Source: the human T2T-CHM13v2.0 reference genome, Homo sapiens. From it: a stretch of DNA of 64,000 nucleotides. Position 1 is the stretch's first letter, and each line of letters begins with the position of its first letter. The DNA lies in the NCBI RefSeq assembly GCF_009914755.1, contig NC_060931.1; one strand, given 5' to 3'. The position numbers and the translations under genes were made by a program. Below the pieces are notes generated by a model. That model was given only the letters and a program-made list of their open reading frames with translations. It did no database searches and was not told the origin of the DNA. This document shows positions 43,860-58,939 of this stretch, piece by piece.

Positions 43860-45100
43860 TTTCTTTAAAATTAAAATATTAATTTCAAAAGACATGAATG
43901 CACTTAGTAACATATTCAAAACATGCAAGATCTAAAAAAGTGAAAATTCTTCCTCCCACCTCTAATCCTCTAGTTACCGTGTTCCCCATCCCACAGAAGC
44001 AACTACTATTTGAACTAGTTTCTTGTGCATCCAGAGCTATCCTATAAGTATAAAAAATTATGTGAATATATTATGTTTTAAGAAAATAAAAATACTATCC
44101 TGCAACTTTCTTCATTAAATGCTAAATCTACAAGATCGCATATAATCATGCAGCACTGCCTAAATGCATGCTATTCATTGTCTTGATGTATTATAATTTA
44201 TTTAACCAGTCCTATTTCGTGAACATTTAAGTTGTTGCCAGTCTTCTATCACAATATTGGGATGTGTATTTGCACATATGTATTTGACACTTAAGTCAGT
44301 ATATCTATAGGATGAATTCTTAGATTAAGAAGTGTTTAAGGACATGCACATTTAAAAGTTTTTGCTAGATATTATAAAATTGTGCTATATAATTTTTCAT
44401 ATAGGTGAGATCGTACTAGAAAACAATTTTAGTTTCCAAATTTTTTCACTTAACTGATTTTATGTTATCCTTTCCCCATATTATTCAAAATACTTTATAT
44501 ACTTTATTTTCAATGACATCAATATTTTTCTATGAAGATGCCATAAATTAGTTAATTGTTTTCTAGTTGCTAATGTAGTCATTTCTATCTTTTGCTGTCT
44601 TAAGTAATCCTGTGATAAACATTTTGGAACAAAAATATTTGTCTACTTTTCTGAGTATTAACTCCTAGAATAGGCTTTGAAAAGAGAAATTATTGAGCCC
44701 AAAGCTAAGAATATATTTAAGATTTTTTATTCTTATTCTCAGATTTCTTTCTGGGAAAGTAATTACAATTTTAGATCATTGTCAGTTATGTATTAATAGA
44801 ATGCCTAGCTCACCATGTACTCACCAGTAGTGCCACACACACATACACACACACATACACACACACACACACACAATGATTTAGGAGAAAAATAATACTA
44901 TATTAATTTGAATTTGAATATTTTATAAAACTTGATTTGTAAATGTTTAGGCTTCATTGTTTTATGAATTTCTTCTTTTGTAAATATGTTACATATATAT
45001 GTATGTTTCAGTTTTATTGTCCTATATTAAAATTATGTATGTGTAGTTTGTATATTAATGTAGAATGTACACATATATTCTGTTTATGAGCTATGAACAC
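43860..45100 (-). mobile_element. Ancient L1ME-like fragments
   Basis: ataatttatttaaccagtcct...gaacatttaagttgttgccag...ggatgaattcttaga, typical antisense L1ME; includes (CA)n at 44833-44875. Confidence 0.55.
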
Positions 45101-45640
45101 TTTTATTACAACTCAATTGCTGTGTTTTCACTTCTCAGTGTACACAAGATAGGCAGAATTCACTTTCTGTAACAGAAAAACTATTAGCATACTCCTTATT
45201 TATATACAGCTTTTTCTCTTTTTCCAAATTTTAGACTGACTTAAGTATATTATTGTGGGAGCCAAGTTTCTCACTGTTGGAGTGAAAATTTACAGATAAG
45301 CAAGGGGAAGAGACCAGAACGACCCATATGGTAATGATTAGAGTTGGAGATATAAACATGAACTCTTATTTAGCTTAATAGAGATGGTTATACATAGAAA
45401 TGTATATATGTATGGGTTAGTATGCATACGTGTAGATACATATAAATTTCCTTGTTTTGTCTGTGGAGAGAGCATAGAAGCAACAACACCCCAGTAGCAA
45501 TGAGCACGTCTAACATCCAAATCTTGGTGTCTAATCCCATTTGTCAGTAAAAGCAACCAGGGTTCCTTGCTGAAATGGTTGATTCTAGGACCTAGGTGAA
45601 CCCAGAGCATCTCATGTGCCAAAAAGTGAGGAAGTGATTA

Positions 45641-46352
45641 CAATAGTCCCCTCTTATTCGTGGTGTTGCATCTGACGTTTCAGCTACCTGCGGTCAATTG
45701 TGATTTGAAAACATTAAATGGAAACTTTCAGAAATAAGCAATTCATAAGGTTTAAATTGCACACCATTCTGAATGATGTGATGAAATCTCCTGCCATCCT
45801 GCCTGGGATGTGAATCATCCCTTTGTCCAGAGTATCCATGCTCCAAAAGCTACTGGCCTACTCTTCACTTAGCAGCCATCTCAGTCATCAGGCTGTTGCA
45901 GTATCGCAGCATGCTTGTGTTTTAGTAGCCTTTATTTTATATAATCATGGCCTGAAGCACAAGAGTGATGATGCCAGCAATTCATCTATGCCCAAGAGGA
46001 GCCATAAAGTGCTTCCTTTAAATGAAAAGGTGAAAGTTCTCAACCTAACAAAGAAAAAAACCATATGTTCAGGTTGCTAAATTATCTGGTAAAAATGAAT
46101 CTTCTGTCTGTGAAATTGTGAAGAAGAAAAAAGAAATTCATGCTAATTTTGCTGTCTTCAAACTACAAAAGTTACAGTGAATGATTTTTAAAACTGCTTA
46201 GCTATAATGAAAAAGGCATTAAATTTGTGAGTGGAAGACATGAAGAGAAATGTGTTTCGATCAATGGCAATCAGGTTCCGTAGTATATATGAGGTTTCAG
46301 GTGATCACTGGGGAGCTTGGAAGTATCCCCCGTGGATAAGGTGGGGCTTTTG
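45641..46352 (+). mobile_element. MER44 (Tigger7-derived) DNA transposon
   Basis: TIR-like ends caatagtcccctcttattcgtgg and ccgtggataaggtggggcttttg; relic transposase N-terminus MPKRSHKVLPLNEKVKVL in ORF 45823..46080. Confidence 0.85.
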
Positions 46353-46420
46353 TTTTGCCGTAAAACAAAAGAAAGAAGTTTTTTTACCCCTTTATAGAAA
46401 GAGGCTAAAAAAGTAAACTT

Positions 46421-46740
<320 letters not shown>

Positions 46741-46991
46741 TTAAAAAACACTATCTCAGCCTGGTGATCAAGGTCAACATCAATAGTGATAAGTTATGTT
46801 GACAGCATGTCAACATATGCATTTGATATGATGTGACAAGAATGACACTTTATCTGTGGTCTTCCTTCCCAAACCCATAACTCCAGTCCAATCATGAAAC
46901 ATACACTAGACAAATTGCAAAAGAGGCACATTCTGCAAAATACCTACCAGTACTCTCAAAACTATCAAGATCATCAAAAACAGGGAAAGTT

Positions 46992-47290
46992 GGCCAGGCA
47001 CAGTGGCTCTGCCTGTAATCCTAGCATTTTGGGAGGCCAAAGTGGGCGCACCATGAGGTCAAAAGAATGAGACCGTCCTGGCCAATATGGTGAAACCCCG
47101 TCTCTACTAAAAATACAAAAATTAGCTGAGCGTAGTGTCGCACGCCTGTAGTCTCAGCTACTCCGGAGGCTGAGGCAGGAGAATGGCGTGAACCCGGGAG
47201 GCAGAGCTTGCAGATCGTGGCACTGCACTCCAGCCTGGCAACAGAGCGAGACTTCATCTCAAAGGAAAAAAAAAACGAAAAAAAAAAAAC
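46992..47290 (+). mobile_element. AluSc/Y-like with a small internal deletion
   Basis: gcttgcag^atcgtgg deletion; TSD aaaacagggaaagt. Confidence 0.9.
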
Positions 47291-47649
47291 AAAACAGGGA
47301 AAGTCTGATAAACAGTCACAGCCAAAAGGAGCTTAAGGAGACATGATGGCTAAATGTAACATGGTATACTGGGTGGGATCTTGGAATAGAAAAAGGATGT
47401 TAAGTTAAAACTAAGGAAATCTGAATACAGTATGGACGTTAGTTTATAATAATGGCTCAATATTAGTTTATTAATTATCAGAAGTGTGCCATATTAGGAT
47501 ATTAGTAATAGAGAAAAGTGGGTGTCTTTGGGGTATATGGGAATTCTCCATATTATCTTTGTAATTTTTCAATGAATCTGAAACTTCCAAAAAATAAAAT
47601 TTATTCTAAAAAGTGTATTATGCGGTATTTAAGAGATATACAAACAAGG

Positions 47650-48124
47650 TGTGATGGTTAATATCGAGTGTCAACTTGACTGGATTGAAGGATGCAAAGT
47701 ATTGTCCCTGGGTGTGTCTGTGAGGGTGTTACCAGAGGAGATTAACATTTGAGTCAGTGGACTGGGAGAGGAAGACCCACCCTTAATCTGGGTGGGTATC
47801 ACCTAATCAGCTGCCAGCAGGGCCAGAATAAAAGCAGGCAGAAGAACATGGAAAGACTAGATTGGTTTAGTCTTCCAGCCTACATCTTTCCAAGTTCTAC
47901 AACTTTGGGACTCTTGGAGCTTCCACCACAGACTGAAGGCTGCACTGTCAGCTTCTCTACTTTTGAGGTTTTGGGACTCTGGCTTCCTTGTTCCTCAGCT
48001 TGCAGATGGCCTATTGTGGGACCTCACCTTGTGATCATGTGAGTCAATACTCCTTAATAAACTCACCTATGTATATAAATATATCCTATTAGTTCTGTCC
48101 CTCTAGACAATCCTGACTAATACA
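47650..48124 (+). mobile_element. MLT2A (ERVL) solo LTR
   Basis: tgtgatggttaatatcgagtgtcaacttga...cctgactaataca; perfect 5-bp TSD caagg. Confidence 0.93.
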
Positions 48125-48129
48125 CAAGG

Positions 48130-48520
48130 TTAAAAAGTAAAATGAACACCATGTGTCCACTCCTCAGCTTAGAAAGTGATGCTTATCGATAGAGTTGAAG
48201 TCCCTTGCATACCCCTCTATCAGTTATACTCTCACCTCCCTTTTAGAGGTAACTACTATCCTGAATTTGGAATTTATTATTCCCATGAACTTACTGATAT
48301 TTTTATGATATGTTGTTTTGATGTTTGTAAATTTCATATCAATTGCATCTTATTACATCTGCTTTGGAAAATGTTTGATTCACTATTATGCTTATAAGAG
48401 TCATACTAGTTTATGTAGTTCTAATTCATTTATTTTCTCTGCTACCAAGTCTTCCATTGTATGAACATATTCAAATATACTGATCCCTCTGATGGACCTG
48501 TAGGGTGTTCTGTCATTCCT
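48130..48520 (-). mobile_element. L1ME-like fragment
   Basis: agaggtaactactatcctgaatttgg...ttccattgtatgaacata. Confidence 0.55.
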
Positions 48521-48811
48521 GTAGTTGAAGTCCTTTTATTTGCCTTTGTCTGCCCAGACAGGGGTTTCTCACTGGCTAACTCATTCCACACAACACTCTG
48601 CATCTTAGTCTGGCTGCCTGACTCCTCCCGCCCCTTCCACTTCCCTCCTTATCCCCTTCCCCTCAGATTGGCCTCTAGAGCTCTGAAGTCTTCTCTTCTC
48701 ATGCACAGATGCTCAGCTTTCTTGTCACTTCTCACAAATGCAAGTCCCAACCTACCTCTGCATAGCTACAAACCATTCAAGATTTTAGCTGAACAAAGAG
48801 GTCCTCTGCTT

Positions 48812-49150
48812 CAGCGGTCCCCAACCTTTTTGACACTAGCGACCAGTTTTATGGAAGACAATTTTTTCACGGATTGGGGAGTGGTGGGGATGGCTTGAGA
48901 ATAAAACTGTTCCACCTCAGATCATCAGGCATTAGATTCTCATAAGGGCCACACAGCCTGGATGCTCACATGTGCAGTTCACAATAGGGTTCACTCTCCT
49001 GTGAGAGTCTAATGCCATTGTTGATCTGACAGGAGGCGGAGCTCAGGCGGTAATGCTTGCTCACCCATCACTCTCCTCCTGTTGTGTGGCCAGGTTCCTC
49101 ACAGGCCAGGGACTGGTACTGGTCTGTGGCCCAGGAGTTGGGGACCCCTG
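48812..49150 (+). mobile_element. MER1B (hAT-Charlie)
   Basis: TIRs cagcggtccccaacc / gttggggacccctg; gatctgacaggaggcggagctcaggcggtaatg; degenerate 8-bp TSD ctctgctt/ccctactt. Confidence 0.92.
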
Positions 49151-49879
49151 CCCTACTTCTTCCCTAGCACCTCTCATCCATGCAAAATTATGAAAAAAAT
49201 TAAAGTTTAAAACTTGTTTTGTCCAGATGTGCTTTAAAATAATTAGAGTGAAAAATATCCATAGTCCATTTACTGAAAGACATCCAGTGCCCTTGGATAT
49301 CCAATTGTCCTTGGATAAGCGAGGACAACTCAAATATAATCTTAAATATAGTATTAAATAATCTATGCAAAGCAAATTTTCAATAAATGTAGGCTCTGCA
49401 AGGCACAGGGTGAGGGACAGAATTTGGAAAGAATCCACTGGGTGTCAGGGTAAGCTTGTCCTAAGTGAAAAGAAATGCATATAGGTGTTTATGTAACATC
49501 ATACCCTCGGAGTATATCTATATTCCCCTTCTTTCTCTTTAAAACCATCTCTAAGGATAAAAGAACAGCTTTTATCTTTGAGGAGAAATATCAAAGATGC
49601 AGAAGGAGTTAATTGAGGTCAAAGGCATCTTTTAATGAAGTGGAATCAGAGTTTGGAGATCCATGAAACTAAAGAGAGAGATTTTTGAATACAGGTAGTT
49701 GTCCTGGGGCATTTTAGTTGCATTCCAAACTGTAGAGAGTAATACTCCTGGTACTAAGGTAAAAAAATTGTCACATTTAGACTTATATTAAGATATAGTA
49801 TTTGAAAAAATTACATAAAATCTACTCTGTTCCCCCAAAAAAGAGACAATTTTTAGCTCTTAAGGTAAAGATCAGTCCA

Positions 49880-50105
49880 GGGGATCATTGTACAACATGG
49901 TGACTATAGTTAATAACAATGCATTGTACACTTGAAAATTGCTAGGAGAGTAAATTTTAAATGTTCTCACTACAAAAAAAAGGATAAGTATGTGAGGTAA
50001 TGAATATGTTAATTTGCTTAAACCTTTCCACAATGTATACATATATGAAAACTTCATGTTGTACACATGAATATATATAATGTTTATCTGTGAATTTAAA
50101 AAAAA
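49880..50105 (+). mobile_element. L1MA-like 3' end
   Basis: tgtacaacatggtgactatagttaataac...gaaaattgctaggagagta...atgtgaggtaatgaatatgttaat. Confidence 0.8.
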
Positions 50106-51899
50106 TCAAAGGTTTCTTTTTTAAAGGAGATAAGCCTAATAGAAATGGTATTTTTGTAGTATTAATCTAGCAACTGTGTGTCAGATGCATGAGCAGGTGA
50201 AGGTGTGGGCATGTGTTTGCGAGGGGTGGTAATGAGAAAAATAAAATTTAAGCTAATACAATAATTCAGCCCCAAAGCTATGAAGGCCTAGATTGAGGTA
50301 GTAACAGTGAAAATGAGAAAAACGGAAAAGAGTTTTAGAATGAACTCTTGATATCCCTTGGCCAGACTGATTAGATGATAGGCAAAAAGACAGAGGAGTC
50401 AGAGTGGTGTCCTAAGTGCAGTGTTGGGGGCCAGGATAAGGGTGCTGCCATTTCCATAAATGGGAAGGCACAGACAGGCGGCACATAGAGCCCGATGGTG
50501 ACACCCACAGGGAATCAGCCCAGGGAGGACCTGAGAGAGAGCACCTGATCTCCAAATGGGAGGCTGAGGCCTATTTCATAGTCGGGAGAGAGCCACTCAA
50601 AGGAGCCGGCAGAAGAAAACGAAAACAGTGAAGGCAATGGCACCAAAATGGACAAATGGAGGATGTGAAGGGGAAAAAATTCCATTGCCAAATACAGCCA
50701 ATGTGGGGCTAAGAGGAGGTGCTGGATTATGTTTAGGTAGAACACTTGTGTGTTTCTATATCCCCAGAGACTTTCCTTGTATACCCTGTTTAATTTCTGC
50801 AGGGAGTCACAACAGAACTTCTTTCTGTTGTCCTGCCTTAGTAAGAATTGGTGAAGCGTACCACAGTTCCCTCTGTGACAGAGTAATGTAGCATAGTTAC
50901 CTGGGAGTGAGGACAAGAAATGGGGTGACAGAAAAACAGTAGCAAACTTTTCCTGACTCACAGGTATGGTGAAGGCTGCTCATAAAAAGCCCCTTTCTGC
51001 AGGTGCTAAAATCAGTCTCCTGTTACTCACCTCTGAAGAAGATGGGCATTTGGCTCAGCTGGTTGCAAAACAGCCCTTATTTCTTTCTTCTGTCTCTGTA
51101 TCTATCATTTATTTCATCCATTCCATGGGGTTACATTTGAACATTCTCTTTGATATTCTCTTTTATAAATCTCCTTTAACTTCACATTTTGAGACTTCCT
51201 CAAGAAGTTTTCTCTCCACCAGAAATATCACATCCATTTATAAATTTGTAAATTTATGAATTGCTTTGAATGAACAGATCTGAGTTGAAATTATTCATTG
51301 AGAATGAAGAAGAAATAAATGGCCACAAAACTACATACCTCATCCATTTACCCAGATACCCATCTACTGAGCACTGACGTGTACCAATCACCAATATGGG
51401 TGTGGGGGATACAAAATCCAGTAAGACATAGTCATCATTCCCAAGGGATCTGCAGAGAGCGATGGATAGGGTAAGACTGGCTTTCTAGGTTGTCCCTGGG
51501 GAAGGATTGTCAAGAGATACAGCTGCCCCCTCTCACAGGTGATTTTATTTTATTGCTACTCCTAGAGGGTGTTTTCTCTGAAGGATCTAGATTTAATAAG
51601 GGAACAAAGGTTTTTTGTGTTGGTGGTGGTGGTGGTGTTTATTGATGTTTTTACAAAAGTATAGTCATATCTGGATTCCATTATAAATGTCACATGCAAC
51701 TCAGTTTGTAGGAGTCGGTTTATGTCTGGGTTGGATATAAAAATAACTGTGGGATTCTGTAAATGATAAAAAACACAAAGGCTTTCATGTGCATATTTAG
51801 GATGTTACTAGACTTACCAAATATGGAGATGCTACCCTTGGTCTGGGCCTTTGTATCTTCTATTGCAAATCTATCATTCCTTAGGAGCTAAATAAAAGT

Positions 51900-54800
51900 T
51901 AAATAGCCAACTGGAGTTTAATTATTTTCCAATGCTCTTCTGCATTGGCATTTTTGCCCGTTAGGATAATTGGCAGATTGGACCAAGAACCCTTAAAGAA
52001 ATAGATGCCCTGCACCACACAGTGTAGAAGAGCATGGAAGTCAACATGATCGCTTCCTTTATGCACCACTGACAGTGAGTCTTGTCTGGCCAGCCTGTAG
52101 CCATCCCCTCCCTCTCTCCGACCACAACAGCAGTCATACTTTGTAATTCAAATAAGCCTTTTTTTAAAAACAAGTGGAACAGCCTTAAATCTTCTAAGGC
52201 AGTTAAGCAAATTTTGCATTTTATGAGCGAGGATAATCCTTTCACGTTTTCAGAAATAAGTTTACAAGCCCACACGCCTGGTGAGCAATGGGAGCCGTGT
52301 GACAAATGGGGACACAGAGCATCCTCCAGGCAATCTGCGTGATACGCAGTAAATCCTCCTGCTCTGGCAGCTCCACTAGTGTGGTGGGAGAACAAGATCA
52401 ATTCTCCCCCGGCCTCACAAAAGATCCTTCATTGCTGATTGCTACGAAACCAGAGGAGAAGCTTAATGAAGGAGACGCTGGAACCTGACAGCAGTATTGG
52501 AAATGAATATGGAGAAAATGAAAATATTATGCACCAAATTGGCAGAACCGAAGACGGAGTGACTATTAGTGGACACAAACATAGAGTGTGCCTGAGTGTT
52601 TTCTCAGGCCAGCTGGTGACTGCAGAATATCCGCGTGAGGAAGTAGTAAAATGAAACCCACATGGGATGGGGTGTACTTGGAAATCCAAGTTATACCACA
52701 GAAAGCAGCGCATCAGTTGGAAATTTCGGCCTGCCAGTATTTTGAAAAATAAATACGGCTACGGTGAAAGGGAATTTGAGTATCTGAGTTGGGGAGTAAC
52801 ATGAAATACACAGTCATGAAAGATAAAAACAGAACATAAAATAGGATCTGCAGGTGGAAACCCTTCTATCCCCTCTCTGCTCGTTTTTCTCCTCTGTCTG
52901 CTAATTTGTTGCTTGTTTTGCCTACGATTGGTCACCATACTTGTGCTTTCTTTCTCTTTTGTTTTCTTTCTGTGAATTTCCGAAATGTACATGAAAAATA
53001 CAATTCAAGTGGAAAATTATTGCAAAAATGGGAAACATGATGTTTTACAGTTTTAACTGATGTTATTAGCAGCTGTGTCCATAGACATAATAGAGTGACA
53101 GAATGGAAAAATAAATACATTGGAATCAATAAGCCGAAGAAAAGTGAACCAGGCCATTACTTTCCTGCTTTCAAGGAAATGAGGTCTGGCCATTTGCAAG
53201 AACAGAAAATTTCATTGAAAATTGAACCCTCTTAATGAGAGAGAATCTCTGCCTATTCTGTTGAGCTAAGGCAACAGGATCGCTATTGACAACTCTCTGG
53301 TCTGCTTAACATATTGCTATCACCCCTGCAAATTCCACTGAGAAATTGTACATAGAGTACTACCATCATTCTGCGTTCAGGTTCAGGTAGAATAACAGGA
53401 GCGCACTACTTCATCTCTAAAGATATCTGAGAGAAATGTGGCAGGTCCCAAATTACTTGACTGAAATGTGTGAACTCTGATAACCTATCAGAAAAACAGA
53501 AAAGAATAAAACAAGAAGAGATCACACTATTAGGAGTAAATGGGCTAGACTTGTTTTAAGTAGAAAATGGTATTGGTCAGCATGGATATGGGCATCTTTC
53601 TCTATCATCACCCTGATTAGCATAGCAAGGGGTAATAGGAATATAATGTGCTATATTTGAGCTATCCACTGGACCACAACCAAATGGGAACATGTCAGTT
53701 GGTTTATAGAATATCAGGTTTCTCTTGCCTGCCTCAAACCAAAACCTCAAATAAAGTAAAAATCTTTTTGTAATCCTACTAACATGACTTTGAGTGTTGG
53801 TTCCAAATGGAATGAAATCTTAACATGGGAAAACATTGTGTGTGTGTGTGTGTGTGTTTTGTTTTGTGACTGCCTTCCCTGGAGGTATGTGGATTCACAT
53901 CACAGAGCTTTGCCATCTCCCCAAAGAGACATCTTGGGAGTTTGGGGTCTCGACTGGAGGAATTTGCGTGCTCTCACCTTCCCTCTGTGGCCAGTTTCGA
54001 AGACTATGCCAAAGAACGGGGTAGAAAAACTAGCAGAAGGGACGAAGAGGGAGGGGGGAAGAGAGTGAAACACAATAGATTATGAATTTGAAAATTGCCA
54101 ATTATCTTGTATCATACAGCTCAGAGCCCTGGCACAATGATCAGCCACAATCCAGATTTTTCAGCTTAAATGGCTTTACATTCAAGCAAGCAAATTAACC
54201 ATAAAATAGAGGAGGGGGGGGAACAAAATATTCCAAGAAAGAATAAACCGCAGATAATAAGCACCAATCTGGTGTTGAATGCAGCCCAAGATACCAATTG
54301 TTTTAAGTCACGACAAAGACAGCTGAATGCTCATCTTGTGGATGCAGAGCGAGGATGATTGCTTGCCATGAGTATCTTCTCTCACAAATAACAGTTTTTT
54401 CGCTCTTAATTTTCTGCTAAATTGGAAGCTAACTGCTTCCCACATTGTCATCGGAACACCTGCAGCTGTGCTGGATTTCTGCGCACCATTTCTTTTAGGT
54501 AAAACAGCACTCCACTTCCTTCAGCTCCTCATTATGCCGTGAGGTCTTCTTTTCACTGCACTGCAGCACTAATGATTCAGGCAGGCTGGTCAGTCATTAA
54601 GTGACAAGCAAATGATACCGTGTGCAACGTGTGAGTAATCGGTCTGAACAAATGAAATCACAGACTTGCCTTTCCCATCATTCATTTCACAAACAGTAGC
54701 AATGTGGTGCACAGCAGGTAGTTCAGTTAAAACCAGCCTTGTAAAACAAATTTCCTGCAGCCGTTTAAGTGAACTGCGATGGGCTGGATGCTTCAGCTAG

Positions 54801-55300
54801 TGGATTGTGCCCGGAGGAGTTAAGAAAGGTTGGGGTGGAGGGAGGAAGGGAGAGAGGAGCTGGGAGGAGAGCCTCGGTACATACATTAGAGTAATTAAGG
54901 GTTTCGTGTCTTATTGGTATGTTTTTCATTTGCATGGATCTCAGAAATGACTGTTGGATTAGCAAACCCAAAACATACAGCATACATTTCAATGTGCCTT
55001 GTCAGGAGGTAGCTGTTAAGAGACTGAAGCAAAGTTCCCAAATAAATGCTCTAAATTTGGAGTCATGAAGACGTCATTGTAAATCAGATGGACTGCTAGG
55101 AAGTTAGTGATGCAAATCACAGTGATAAAAAGCTTCATGGCTTTTATTTTCACAGTAGATCCCCTTTTGGTTCTTTAATTATTTTGTGAACAGTGCAGAC
55201 TTGGCTGCTAATAGAAACCCCACTTGCGTGCTAAAGCTTAAAATGCGTTAGATTAGCTTGAAAAACAACAAAAAAAAAGGTAAAATGAGAGAGGGTGATG
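51900..55300. promoter_or_regulatory. Candidate regulatory block (enhancer or alternative promoter)
   Basis: About 3.4 kb with no recognised TE and retained CpGs; octamers at 54928 and 55110; CCAAT (minus) at 54913; TTGCGTG at 53964 and 55224; GA-rich tract 54830-54870. Inference only. Confidence 0.4.
53837..53856. repeat. (TG)n microsatellite
   Basis: Directly visible. Confidence 0.9.
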
Positions 55301-55554
55301 TCGAGGTCTTTGTAGTCCCAAACTTTTGCCTTCAGGCCTCTGGCTAGCTCATCTCAGGCTAAGCTGGCTGGGATACGGAGAGGGGCTGCTTTCTGGGGAC
55401 TGAGGCCTCCAGCAGGTTTCACTCACATCAACCCCAGTGTTTCTCTTTTGCCTGAGTTCCTGGCTGATAGGGAGATGAACCGCTTTTGGTTGAAAGTATG
55501 TTCTGAGCCTTTTGTAGCAATGACGTGGGGTTGTGGGAGGACAGCTTGGAACTA

Positions 55555-55965
<411 letters not shown>

Positions 55966-56549
55966 TCAGCTTCAAACTTACTCATCATGTCCTCTTAGGC
56001 AGCTGGTAAAAGCTTCCAGAAGTGAACCTGAACAGTCCGGCTTGACTGGAACCCACATGATACATATATACTGCACAGCTACAAAAGGCAACAAAGCAGG
56101 ATGTCTGTGGGCCCGGGCTCTGGCATCACCCAGGGCTGGGCTTGCACTTGGACCTTCCTGGACACTTGCTGACTACATTAGTGTCCATAGCACCTTTCTG
56201 GCCCCTGACGCACTGGTTAACAGTCAATGTATTTATAAGGAGCGAAAGGAAGAATGTCCCTCAGTCAAGAAAATTTTTGAATGCCATGAAGTTCCTTTAG
56301 TATGAGGCTAATATCTTTAGTCTGAGATCCCATTGGGGATTGTCTCGAAATAGCTAACTAAGATTCTCAACAAATGCTGATACAACAAGGCATTCTTGCA
56401 AATGGACAGTAAGGCATCCACTGCAAATAAGAAGTTCCTACAAAATGATGAAATACGATCCCTTCAACCATACCTCCACCTATGCCCCACTGTAAGTCTA
56501 CCAAAATAAGATTGACTCAAAGCTGTCTTTGACTTGCAAGAAGGGTGCA

Positions 56550-57450
56550 TAGATTTTTAAAGTTTTCCAAAATATATTACTGAATTAATACATGCTTATT
56601 ATAAATAAATCAAACAGTATATCAAATTGTATAAAACACTCCCTCCCTCTATGCTTACTTTCACCAGGGGTAACCACTGTTCTAAGTGTGGTGTGCATTA
56701 TCTCATTTTCTATGTTGATACCAGCCTACACAGAGGTGTAATCATACTCCATATCTTGTTCTGCAACTGGTTTTCTTCACTGATCAAGACACAGTGGACA
56801 CCTTTTTGTGTCAGCACAAGCAAATTAATTTCATTTGTTTTAACATCAACAGAAAATTTTGGCATGTGGATGCATTTTATTCAATCAATCTTTCTACTGA
56901 AGGACAATTAGATTGTTTCTAATTCTTAATCTATTGAAAATAACACTGCAGTGAAAATCCTTGCAGGTACCTCTTCATTCATTTATGTGAGTATAATTGT
57001 AGGGTGAATTTCTAAAAACAGAATTACCAAATGGCTTAATCCTTAGCAATTTGACAGGGGATTGTTTTTCACATTTAATCTTATTAAACTAAAAATAAGG
57101 TGGAGAATCTCTTCATGTTTCAAAGAAATTTGTAATTCTTTTTGTCTGTGGCTTGCTTATCTGCCTATTTTTCAGTTAGGCTGGTGGTCTTTTACTTTTT
57201 GATTTATAAAATCATTCTTTAAGGCATGTTTATCCAAGATGTTTATCCAGTATATCTTGCAAATACTTGTTGACACTTTGACACTTCCATAGTAATGTTT
57301 GCTCTAAAGAAATGTTTGATGTTTGTGCAATTTAACAACTCTTAACTCTATGACTTTTGGGGGTTTCATTATGTTTGAAAAGTCCTCCAGACTGTAGTAT
57401 TGTAAACATATTCATTCCTTTATTTTTTTAAAGAATGTTTATAATTTGAG
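56550..57450 (-). mobile_element. L1ME-like fragment
   Basis: ccaggggtaaccactgtt...ttctgcaactggttttcttcact...aaggacaattagattgtttc...gggtgaatttctaaaaacagaattacc. Confidence 0.6.
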
Positions 57451-58168
57451 CCACCTGGACAGTATTGTAGTTAAAAATAGGTGAGAGATGCAGCGTGATT
57501 ATTTAGTAGTCCATCTTAAGGAGTAACATGACCATCCCAGACTGTCATCACATAGAAAATCATGTTTTAAGCCAGGCTGCCTTCATCACACCGTCTAGGC
57601 GCTAAGCACTCAAAGCTACGTATTCACAAGTTCTTCCCTTTAAATGTCAACAATCTAAATTTAACATCATCAAGATGTTAAGCTCGTTACAGGATTCTGT
57701 GACTTTTCAATGCTGCTGGTGCTGGCTTACCCTTGAGTTCAAGGATATAACACCATCCACAGTCTCATATTCAGAATGCTGAAACGCAAAAAGCTCTGAA
57801 AGCCTGCAAATGTTTCTTAAGTGATTTGATGGCAAACCTAACCTTACCCATCATAAAGCTATGCATAGCCTCTATTCCACTTCATCTGAATATCTCTACC
57901 TTTTCTCCAGACCTCTCTATATACAATATGAACAATGCATTATTCCCTAGAAATGGAAATAGGTATGAATTGAAAAAACATCTGGTCCCAAGGATTTTGG
58001 AAAGAAGATTGTGGCTCTAGTAAGAGCGATTTATTATCTTACAGAGAAGCAGAAAACTTGCTAATAAAAGGAGAAGAATGGAGTATGGTGCGAGTTAATG
58101 GAAAAAAGGAAGAAGGAGGAGGCAGAAGATGAACATTTTGAGAAACTGCAGTTAAGAGGAGGAAATGG

Positions 58169-58494
<326 letters not shown>

Positions 58495-58939
58495 TTAAAG
58501 CTGTGAGGATTTCTATCAATCAAACCAAGTTCAGTGCTATCAGGCCTGAGATTTTATTAAGTGACTAGCAATCAGAAAGTCACTCAGATCCCCTGAAAAC
58601 AAAACAAACCTGAAAAGTCTTGAGATTTTGAACATTATGAATATAAAAAAGATGACTAGTATTCTAGTAATTAAAATAATGTTTCTTCATTTCTTCAAGG
58701 ATCTTGCAATACTTCTTAGTATTCTGGGATGAGGTTTCATTTCTGTCCAAAGGGCAGGTCCCGGAGATAGACTCTCCCAGGCACATTTTAGGCTGAGATT
58801 TTTAGACCCATAGTATAGAAAGCCAGAACTCTCTCAACTCCAGCTGTTTGAGCTAAATAACTGTAAATGAAATAGGCAGTTGGTCTTTTCTTCACTGAAA
58901 TCAAACAGAAGCAAATAAATAGGAAGAGAAGAAAACTCT

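Noticed and set aside
45823-46080. Transposase-like peptide MPKRSHKVLPLNEKVKVL
   Set aside because: Frameshifted, truncated relic inside MER44; not a domesticated gene.
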